A stretch of 64,000 bases of DNA from Podarcis pityusensis. Its lineage: Eukaryota. The position numbers were made by a program, and so were the translations under genes. A model generated the notes under the pieces. It saw only the letters and a list, made by a program, of their open reading frames with translations. It searched no databases and had not been told where the DNA came from. This document shows positions 53,647-64,000 of the stretch, piece by piece (within the stretch, counting starts at the first letter, position 1; each line of letters starts with the position of its first letter). The stretch lies in NCBI GenBank assembly GCA_964106645.2, contig OZ067039.1; one strand, written 5' to 3'.

Positions 53647-56600
53647 TATTACATGCAAAATGCCATAATAAATACAAATGATGACTGGTATCCAGAGTGA
53701 GTCATGGGTACTTCTGCACAAGCATGGGTGGTTTTTTTTCTTTCTTTCAGCCTCTTTCCACATTTGGGCATAGCTGTCAACTTTTTCCTTTTCTTGCGAG
53801 GAATCCTATTCAGAATAAGGGAATATCCCTTTAAAAAAGGGAAACGTTGACAGCTATGCCTTTGGGAGAGCACTAAGGTTGAGGAGTTTCCACCAGAAAC
53901 AGTGAGATAAAAATACCATGTGGATGCATAGAACTTGTGCAATGCATTTATAGTTGTGAACCACTTAAAAGCCATTTTGGCATATAAGCAATATTTAAAC
54001 TAATAAGCAATTGGAGGAATCCAACATAGCACTGAGCAGGTCACTCCATCAGCATACGTATTTCTCAAGTTTCACCCTCACAAGTTGTGGTGATAGCCAT
54101 TTACTTGAATTTCAAAAAGGATTGACAAACTGATTTAAGAATTGGTCTATCAATGGTTAATGATAGCTGAAAGGTGCCTTGTGGACCTCCAGCTGTTGTT
54201 GGGCAACAGAGAGTCCTTATCCTGTCTGTGACTCCTTCCCTACTCACCCCTGTCTTTGCTGCAGAATTTGGATCGGAGCTTTTCGTTTGTGTTCCTTACA
54301 CAGAGTATATATAGGCCTGCATGTAATCAGACTTCAGATAAGGGAACTGTTGTTTATATAGGGTGATAATGGTAACCTTGAGAATTCAGTTGAACTATAT
54401 TATCCATGAGCCACATTTGGATTAGAAGTGTGTTAATATTGCATGTATGCTTGGGAAAGACTGTCCCCACCTGCTAATCTAGCGGTTGTTCCTGCCAAAA
54501 TAAGCTGTCAAGGAGAATATTGCAGCTACCATTTGATTCACATGGCAGCTTCCATGCCGGTTTTGTAATTAGCCAGGATGTTTTGGTGCAGGTGTTTTGT
54601 TTCAGTCGCCTACTCCAAATGGTTCACATTTGCCAGTTTAGATTTTTATTTTATTTTTTACAGGAGCTGAACTGATTGGAGCTGAGTTGTCTTTTCTGTT
54701 TCAGTTGTAGTTGAGATTTGACTGCTAGCCTCAGGTGATGCAGACTTCCACAAAAGAGCTAGTGAGATTGAGAGAGACTTGAGACTGAAGAAGCTCTTTC
54801 CGGCTTCCTGTTAAGTGAAGTGGAGCTTTGCCAGTGACAAATGCGGAAATGGGATCAAGCCACAAATATCAGTTCTGTGATTTAAGGAGAAATTGCAGCT
54901 TCACTAGAAAAAGCAATCTCAGCCATGAACACAATCATAAGGCGGCATCTTTGTTTACTGCTCTCTCTGATTGTAAGCCTTTAGGCAGAGCCTCTCCCCC
55001 ACCTCCAGCTGGGTATAGCACCTAATTATTTTACCTGTTTTAAAAATAGTTATAACAAGAATACATGGGCCTCATGCTTATCTCCCCATTTATACAAATC
55101 AAACCTCTATTTAAGTGAAATAGGAATAGGTTTTTGTTTTTGTTTTTCCGAGACTGATATGCAGATCATTCACATACATGCCACTCTGCTTTGGCAGTCA
55201 CTAGCTAGACCTGCGATAATCATTTTCACACATACTTTCTACTTACAATGTGTTTGGATAAATAATCACTCTTGCCCTGGGAGTTTAATTTTGGCACATC
55301 ATTCCGTAATCCCAGTGGTCACAGAGGCTATTAAGTAACCCCAAGAAATGCATGAGAGTTGCATTTCACTCTTTTGATCTGTAGCCCAGAAGCCTTTACT
55401 TCCAAAACAAATCTGTTTTCTTGGAAATGTGCTTAAAGTGGCCTTTCGTGCTGTCACTTGTGGTCACTTTGGAAGCTTGGCTTGTGAAAGATGAAGTTAT
55501 GGAAATTCTTGTAGCTTGTCCTATATATCACAGTGTAGGTTGTATATTCATGTGATACTCCAATCGGCAACTATATAAGGGCTATTAATGGCGCAGCTTA
55601 TGGCCCATGATAATCGGGTTTGCGGTTGCCACTAGCCAGGCCACCCTGCCAGCCCCTCCTCCACTTTGCAAGCAGGAAAAAAATGCATTATCTGTAGCTG
55701 CTGAAGGAGTAGTTAAATAGATGAAACTTTTCTCCTTCAAGGTTTCTGACTAATGTATTACCTCTCAGCACCCCTAAGAACAGCCAGGCAAGTTTCATGG
55801 AAGGAATAATATCTTACCTGGCCTCTCTCTATCTTTTAGCAAGTAGAAACCATAGCTGGGGTGAGGGGCGGGGGGGGAGAGATAACCACCTGGACCAGGA
55901 GCTGAGAGTTGGGGGAAGATAGCGCCCCCCCCCCCCCCGTTTTCATTTCTCTTGAAGCTGTTTATTTGTATGGTAAAGGAGGACTTGTGTTTATGCAGCC
56001 TGTAAATGTATCCCCCCCCCCAAATTGGGCAAATACTAATTTGCAGGAAGAGATTGGGAAAATATATCATGGGGCAATGGGAGACTTAACTCTGTTCCCC
56101 AGCCCAACTGTCTCAGTCTGTATCACACCTCCCTCCCCAGATGCTCTTTTCCAAAATTTAAAGAGATGGAAGAGCCAATTGTGCAACTTCCTTGTCTCAT
56201 CTAGTTTCGCCCCCAGATACACAAAAATACCAAATCGCCACTCTAAGGAGGATGGGCACAAAGTTTTGGTATTGACTTCTTCAGAGCTTTGGTCTAGGAA
56301 CTGGCACTTGCAGGTTTCTCTTTAACCCACTTCTGGTTTCCAGAGCAGGAAATGGTTGAGATGAGCAATAGACTGCCAGCAGCTTCTATGAAGTGGGCGC
56401 CCTGGTAGGAGGCAGTGGGCTGGAAGATGAAGTGCTATAGGCCATATGTTGCTCACTGTACTTCACATAATATATTTATGTCTGTACCAATTCCTGGGTG
56501 CAAGGGATGGAGGAGGTTTGCTTTTTTATGATTATGGGTCAATTAGACAAAAGATGAAATCACTTCCTCAGCAAGTAGTTACTCTGTGAGTTATAGCCCT

Positions 56601-57780
56601 GCCAAATTGGCATTGTTTGGAATCGAAAGCCTGCATGGAGCTGGTAGCCCTTGGAAATTGGCTGAATATCCTCAACTCCTGTTGCATTTAATTGGGCACA
56701 AGGATCAGTGCTGTGGATAATTCGTTATTAGTGTTACTATCCTTGCACGGAACGACATGCTTTCTGAACAAAATGCATTGTTGAGATTGACCCAAGATGT
56801 CTTTGTTGTCTTTTCTTTCTGGAGGGAGAAAATTCTTCCTCATCCATCATTAGCCCAGTGCAAGTTATTAATTAATGTATGCCACAGAGGTTAATGAGCA
56901 ACATCTTGGTGAAGCACATTTGGCACACTTCACTTTTGGAGACGGCCCTCGTAAAGTTAAGCTTGCTTTTTTATTTTGCCACTGATGAATAATCATTTAG
57001 GCATTGCCTCTTGAAGTGGGAAGGGGCTGCCCGTTTAAAAGTGGGAGTTTTCTATTTATCTCCCGTGAACTGAAAAGCAACCCCCCTAGCTGTCAGGCTT
57101 TGAAATGCAGCTGTTGTTCCTTTTGACAGACTTCCTTTTCAGAAAGGCTAACATTCATATTGCTGTTTGGAAGCATTGCAGCATCTAAACAAAAGCCAGA
57201 TACTTTTATTTGTTAAGTCAAGTGAAAAATGGGTCTGCCCTTCTCCAGTTAGCTGGCAGGAATTGAGCAAACATCAATGTTGCTTTTCTTTCTTCCTGGA
57301 AGTCAGTTCAGTACTTGTGAGGGCTGGGTGCGGGGAGGGAAGTATTTGATTGGCATGCCTGGAAACATAAATTCTCCACATCAGTGGGTTTATTAAGTGA
57401 CTACCAAGGACAGCCTAATTAGTTTAAGCCAGCAGTTCTTGAACACCACCACCATTTGTATTCTTCCTCTTAACACCAGACCGTTCTGCATGCTTGGAAA
57501 TAGGTTCATAATAGTACGGCCTATTGATGTGTACCATGGTAGCTGCTGTGTTTCTCTCTCAACCACCAGCCAGCATGTAGAGGCAATTCTCTTGCATTAA
57601 GCAAGTAATCTAACCATGAGCTGTCTATTTATCTCACATAACATCAAAACGGGTAGAAGCCTACTAAAACACAGGGTGTTAGCATTCCCATAACACTACT
57701 ACAACAAGCTGTCCACCACAAGCAGAATCAAGTGTGCAAATTCATTTTTCATGTGGCATCCTAATACGGTCCTAGGTGTA

Positions 57781-57920
57781 AACATAAGAAGAGCTTGCTG
57801 GATCAGACCAGTGATCCATCAAGTCCAGCGATCTGTTCTCACAGTGGCCAACCAGATTCCTATGGAAAGCCGTAATCAGGACCTGAGCACACAAGAGCTC
57901 TTCTCTCTTCTGCAGCCTCC
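57781..57920 (-). mobile_element. CR1-clade LINE 3' end (same family as 3560-3790)
   Basis: AACATAAGAAGAGCTTGCTGGATCAG..GTGGCCAACCAGAT is the reverse complement of that tail. Confidence 0.75.
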
Positions 57921-58865
57921 AGCAGAAGGAGCTCTAGGCAGGACCTCACTGAGAATGCCCGAAATCCCAAGGAATAAGTAAAAAGCTTGGAGAAGTTCCT
58001 TTGCTGGAAAAAAGTAATATTTTAACAAAAGTCCCTTGTTATTTTAGTATGAATCAGCCAAGGGAAATAAATCCTGGGGATTGTTCAGATTGTTTTGTAT
58101 AAATTAAATGTTGGAGCAGGATTCAATTTAGTTTGTTGTATTTGTGGAATGAGGTCAACTCACACAATGGGACATTTTCCCACCACTATCCCGGCAGCCC
58201 CTAAATCTGCTCTGTGGGGAGGGAACCCAGAACAAGTTTAGGTGATACACAGGGGAAGGGGGAAGGCCCATTACACAAATGGAACTTGTTGCATTTGCAT
58301 ACAGCCATTGGGCTGTTTTGAATGGAATTGAAGATAAGCAAAGTGTCGTAAAAGATAAAGAACCAGTTGATTATGTCCTCCAATAGCTGGAATGCTCTGC
58401 TGTCCCAAACTTTCTAGAGATGTGCAAAACTGGTACCATAAAAGTGGATTGTGAATCAAAACCTAATAGTCTGATTTACGAAGAGAGGTACTTGACTTTA
58501 AAAGATACTGGTTTTAATCCAAGGAGTCTTACTTATTTCAGTGGTTCACATTGAGTTAAATCTTATGTATTCAAATAAACCCGTGTACCAGTGACCCCAT
58601 TCGTGTGTCTCAAAACAAAAAAAGTCTTAGACTATGTGACATAGAATTGCAGCCTGTGATGCTTTGCTCATGGGCCACAAGGCAAATTTGCAATGTCCAC
58701 TTTCCTAAAACAGTGGTAAATGATTTTTCCATATAACTTCACGATCTACTAGCAGCCATTGTAATACTTTGTTACATATTGTTTCTTCTTAGTTCCCTCT
58801 GTATTTCCTAAGTGTCTGCTGGTTGTGTTTAGTATTAATGATTTCTGTTTTTTAAACCCAAACAG

Positions 58866-58994
58866 AGCAAACTGGAAAGAAAACAAAGGGAAGAAGAAGT
58901 GACCCAAAAAGAAAAGGAAGAGATGATAGGAAAAGCAGCCCAGAGAAGAAAGAAAAAAGGAAATCGGGTAATGAGTTGGTGCTCGGGCAGCTAG
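58866..58994 (+). CDS. JADE2: JADE2 Lys/Arg-rich symmetric exon, probably a cassette (EQTGKKTKGRRSDPKRKGRDDRKSSPEKKEKRKSGNELVLGQL)
   Basis: Acceptor aaacag|AG and donor CTAG|gtaagt; 129 nt, phase 1-1, no stop. Resembles the basic segment of the long mammalian JADE2 isoform ending VLGQL. Confidence 0.85.
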   Translation, partial: SKLERKQREEEVTQKEKEEMIGKAAQRRKKKGNRVMSWCSGS

Positions 58995-60450
58995 GTAAGT
59001 TTGGCTTCAAAAAAGCAGCTTTAGCACCTGTGGAGAGGTTAAATGCTTTAAAAATGTTGCCCATGGAGCTTATGGGTGGGAAGTTTAATGATTGCCCCAT
59101 TCAGAAGCTTTTATTCACATGTTAAGTGATCATGTGAACAGGACTGAATAGCTATGCCCCAGGCGTGTGGGCACTGGCCAGCAAGGTCTCAGAGTATCAC
59201 ATGTGCAGCATGCCCAATGGCAGGGACCGGCAGATGGAGTCTTGAGTCCACACACCCTGGAACTCTGATTGTTATTGGTATTGTAGAACAATTCATACAT
59301 TAAAGAAAGAAGGTTCTACTGTTGGTGAAGTAATCTTCAGTATGACTCCTTTAGCAGGGCTGTTTGTCAGCCAGTGACTCTGAGGCCCGTGTTACCGCCT
59401 GCTGATCCTAAGATAACTTTTATTGAATTCTGATCTGATGAGGAAGTACTAATGTATTTGTGAACCCCATGTGTTTCGTGAAAAGAGTTGGCTATTTAGA
59501 TCATAAAGAATCCACTCACTCACTCACTCCGTGGGAGTTCATCCAAGTCTAGGAGTTTCCATCTGTGTAGAGGAGGGATCCCTGACCTTTTTGGACTAGG
59601 CACTTCTGGAAATCTAAGAAACAGTTGTGGGCACCACAATATACCCATTTCACAGAAGAAAAGCAAGCAGTTCTCAGGTACTCCTCCTCAAACAACAAAC
59701 AAAACAGCCGCCCACACTCCAAAACAAATAAAACAGAAACAGCCAAAAAAGAGAGCGGGGGGGGGGGACCCAAACAAGGAAAAGGTCCCCCAACAAACAG
59801 ACAAAGCACCACCATGTGGGGCCCAGAGGAAATCTGGAGAAAGGAAGGATGCCTTCTGTCCCGCCCAGTGCCACCCATGGTTAAAAGGGGGGGGGGGAGT
59901 GAACATGTCAAATTGAAAATACTAAGAAATTGGAAGGGTGCCATTATGTATGCAGGTGCCGTGTTGGAGACCCTAGGATGTAAAGCTAATGATTCTCCTC
60001 TTGTTCACTCCTAGCTATAGAGTTTCATGTTACTATATCAGGGCTTTGTATCCAGCCATGATAAAATATTTGATGCAAATAGGTGGCCGTGTGATTCACA
60101 TTCAGGCTTCCCCGGACTGAACAGTCTACTTAGGAGTTGTGCTATTACAATCATACGTAATGTAATATTTTGCCTTGGTCTTTCTGAAACTTCTGTCTGC
60201 CTAATTACTGACCCAAATTTATTTATTTATTTGTTTGTTTGTTTGTTTGTTTCCGTAGCCACCCTGTACCGTAAAGCCCCATGCTGAGTTACAACAATGT
60301 AATATACAATTATAAAAATTAGATTAAAATGTTACAATTATAAACAAATAAAACTGTTCTAATTGGAACAGAAATTACCTTTGTGACGGCGGTTAAATGT
60401 TTACTGAATCCTAAGGTGTCCTGTTCTTTTTCTGCTCCTTTTTGGTTTAG

Positions 60451-61346
60451 GTTTGTCCACTTCCTTTCCCATTGATGGGACCTTCTTCAACAGCTGGCTG
60501 GCTCAATCTGTACAGATCACCACTGAGAACATGGCAATGAGCGAGTGGTCCTTGAACAATGACCACCATGAAGACACCACCCCAGGCCTTTCTGAGGAAC
60601 TTCTACAAGACGAAGAGACCTTGTTGAGTTTCATGATGGATCATTCCCTGAAGTCCCCGTTGAAGCACAGTGACACAGCAAAGAAAGCTAGGAGCAAAGT
60701 GCGAACGCACACGAAGAAGAAAGTGGCACGGAACGGCTTGAGTACCATCTTTAAGAGACACCAAGAGGACTCACATCACTGGACTAATGTGAGCTCTTTG
60801 CCAGATAGCACCACCAAGTCCTCACCCCATGATTTAAGAAACAGCAAAGCAGAGAAAGGTGGGGACAAACTTCAGCCAGAGCGCAAGGTGATGTGCGAAG
60901 TGAAAAAGTCGGCTAAGAAGGGCTCTTCACACCCCACAACTCTTCCAAAAGCAAATGATTCACATGCCTCCCAGAGCCTGATAAGTAACCTGAGCAATGA
61001 GAAGGAGGAACCACTGAAATATACTCCATCTTCTGATCCCAAACCCCTGGTTAAAGTGCCTGATTCAGTAGGTAGTCCGAAAACAGTAGTGAGGTTCAGA
61101 TTACCAAAAGAAGGCAGAGGGACTCGGAGATCCCAGAGCGAGAAGCCTGCTGAGCTGGTTAATGGACCTTCAGGAAGTGAGAGGTCGAAAGTTATCTTAC
61201 ACCCTTTTGACAATGAGACTGATGGCTACTTCTCAGATGCAGAAATGAGTGACTCTGACACAGAATCTGGTAGTGGCAGAGGGCACCATAGCCAATTAGA
61301 TTCAGGAAATGAGGATAATTTCAGAATGAGCATTTTGGCATCCTAA
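60451..61346 (+). CDS. JADE2: JADE2 last coding exon (GLSTSFPIDGTFFNSWLAQSVQIT..DNETDGYFSDAEMSDSD..RMSILAS*)
   Basis: Long pyrimidine tract with tttag|GT; 297-aa ORF in the track; JADE2-type N- and C-terminal motifs; stop TAA at 61344-61346. Confidence 0.96.
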
Positions 61347-61891
61347 TACGCCAGATAGACCAATTGTGACAGCTCTGTGAGCCCTAAATCCAGTTACAAC
61401 TGCCATGTCTAATTTCCACCTGGTATCATAACAGAGGGTTTTGTTTTTCGTTTCGTTTTTAATTTGTATATATAGTTTAAGAAAAAAGAACTGTTGTTTT
61501 TCCTCTTCTCTGTTTGACTCAAAGCTTCACTGACTTATATACTGTAACAGTAGCTAGCCTCTCCTAGTCAAAACATGTGTATCATAGTGAAACAAAATGC
61601 AAGCATGTGCATTATTAGGGGCTAGTGCTTGCTGGTAGTGAGCAGGACATCCTAGAATTTTAACAAGGAGGCCTGAGATTGCCAGTATCTGTTGTTCATG
61701 CAGGGATGACAGTTTTATGGGCATTATTTAAACCAAGCAAATAGATTTCATGGTCTGCCTGGGATTGCCTCTGTTTAGCAGGCTGCAGAATGGGGGTACT
61801 ATTGTAGTAGCCAACTATATACACAGAACTTATGGAAAAGAAAATTGTGTGTGTGCATGTGGGCGTGTATGCATACATCTGCAGGATTTGT

Positions 61892-61932
<41 letters not shown>

Positions 61933-64000
61933 ACTATGAAGTAAAATAAGCGATTATTTTTTAAAGAAGCACAACAAGCTTATTTGAAGAAAGCACTTAA
62001 TGGTTGGAGGAAAGACAACATTGTATTTATGGTCTTTTAAATCCTTGATTTTTCTTTTTTACCTCCAGTTTGATCCAAGTCCATCCAAGGGTTCAGGAAC
62101 CAAGATTTAGCCCTATCACTCACAACTTATCAGCTGGGCAGCACCATAAACCCTCATCCAAGGGTCTAGGTAGATAAAGAATGACATATCTTTGTTAAAG
62201 CTGCTCTGCTTTTAATCAGGATGCATCCTGCATCCAATAAATTTATCTATCTATCTATCCGATATTATTTACTGGTAAAACCTAAACCTTTGGTTGTCTG
62301 AAGCAATTCCCGTAATTTGCTCAGGTTGATTAAAGTAGCCTCTTACCAAAACACAATGGAGATAATAGGACAGAAGATGCAACTCCACAAACCTGAGAAA
62401 AATATTACTCAAATGTGTTGGGGTTTTGTTTTGTTTTTTTAATCAAATGGCTTCAGTTCCCATAAAAGAGGTCAGTCTACATTTTCAGCATAAATACCCA
62501 AATTATGGCTCCTGTTCAGGGAGCAAAACATGTAAACCTCCTCTGTACAATCATTTTACTGTAGACATCGAGAGGCGATTGAACCTTTTTTCCTTTGCCA
62601 TTTCTTTTCTTTCTTTAAACACTGTAATGGAATTGATGGTTTTCCTACCCTTTCCCCCCTTGCATTTCATAACTGAAATCCTACTAGGAGGCCGTTGAAA
62701 GTGATAGACAGATGTCACCATTCTAAATATTTCAATACTGTTGTGCATAAATTGTGTCTAGTACGCCTTAAGTGTCATTCATAAACTCATATTACCTATG
62801 AGTCACACAGGTTTTCTATGTTTGCACTTAATTACACCATTACTTCAGTTTTGGCTTCAAAGGTCATGGTTAAGGTTTGCTACATACTTTCTTGGAGTGA
62901 CCCCAGTGTGAGCTCAGGGAACAAAAACAAAAAGAAAAGTGAACTTCACTAAAACTTTTTGTTGTTGGTATGTTACTTTAAATGTGTGTATGTGAGCGTG
63001 TGCGTATAGATATAGATATATATATACTGGGACACTTCCGCTTGTTAATCCATCACTTTCAAACTGGGGGAGATGAAGACGTTGCAGTTGTTCAGATGAA
63101 TCAGTTAAATTATTTTATGGATGCCAAAGAATATTTTGAGAATAGCACAGCCAGAAACCGGAAATTTGTCATTTTGGGGAGGGGGGGGTGATGAATGAAT
63201 GAAAGCTGTTTAGCTGCAAAAGGACTAAATCAGTGTTCATGACACAGCTGAGGCATTAGGTTGCAAGCTTGCTGAAGATGATGCTTTTATCATTTGGATC
63301 ACATCCCACCATTTTGATTTCTGATGCTCTTTGCTCATTGCATTCTGAGCAATGTTGGTTTTATGTTTTCTGATGCCAGACATTGGCTGTCCTTGGTTTT
63401 TTGAGAGTCAGTCATTTTACAAGCCTTCCAAAGTCCTTAATATCACTCCAGTTGAGCCACAACTTGGAGAACCTTTATTCTGAAAAGAAACCAAAATCAG
63501 GAGCCAAACACACATCAGTGTTTTTGCTGAATTGAGAAGTTATGTTTGCAAAATGATTTTTCAAAAGCACTGACTGAAATGGAACAATTTGGTATTTGCC
63601 TAACCCATACGAGTTGGCAAGTAAATTCTGCTCCTTAATTAAGGCTTGGTATGTTCAGATAATGTTAAATACAGTAAATAGGACTTAGTTTTATCTTATC
63701 AAGCTTGCTAGGCTTTAGCTACAATATCCTAGTTATGTCATACAAATAATCAATATGCTGCCTTTTAATGGCTCTTGCTTCCGTGTGCTTCAGTTCAACT
63801 ATAGCTTAAAAAAAAAAAAGAGAAAGAGAGAAACAGAAATCCAGAATTCTCACTGTACACAGCTTTGTTCATCAGCTACTGCATAACCTGCCTGCTCACC
63901 AGTACAGGACAGCAAAAGGAACAAACTTTAAAGAACAACCAAACTAAAGCAGCACCTATCGTCTTGATTTGGATTATATGTAGCACTCCGAGACACTCCC
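61347..64000 (+). other. JADE2: Probable JADE2 3' UTR (true end unknown; candidate AATAAA at 62236-62241)
   Basis: Follows the stop codon; AU/GU-rich and largely free of recognisable transposons. Confidence 0.6.
61894..61931. repeat. (GT)n(GC)n compound repeat in the 3' UTR
   Basis: Direct reading. Confidence 0.95.

Noticed and set aside
56395-56420. CTCF-like motifs (also near 34552 and 57918)
   Set aside because: Only partial consensus matches; cannot be supported without PWM scoring or ChIP data.
59549-60014. Overlapping 129-131 aa ORFs in the last intron
   Set aside because: Driven by A-rich and G-run low-complexity sequence; no homology or convincing splice context.
60872-61213. Antisense ORFs over JADE2 exons (also 24324-24645, 49989-50273, 58852-59100)
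   Set aside because: Shadow frames of real coding exons.

Overview
Vertebrate (squamate reptile, lacertid-like by its repeats) genomic DNA spanning the 3' part of JADE2 (PHF15; PZP-domain scaffold of the HBO1/KAT7 acetyltransferase complex) on the + strand. Eight GT-AG coding exons (3184-3353, 24328-24539, 29264-29431, 29893-30009, 37992-38453, 50193-50310, 58866-58994, 60451-61346) splice into one open frame ending at TAA 61344-61346, followed by a probable 3' UTR. The 5' exons lie upstream of the window. The introns hold transposons: three Sauria SINEs, CR1 and L2 3' fragments, tRNA-derived SINEs, hAT and Tc1/mariner MITEs with clear TIRs and TSDs, nested insertions and microsatellites. The most interesting observation is two highly diverged solo LTRs (80-534 and 30255-30725, both minus strand). 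They carry the same reading frame for a roughly 110-aa Ser-rich then Arg/Lys-rich peptide, and half of the identical residues use different synonymous codons. This suggests an LTR(U3)-encoded accessory protein under purifying selection. All other ORFs in the track look like noise or repeat remnants. Family names come from pattern recognition; no database search was run.
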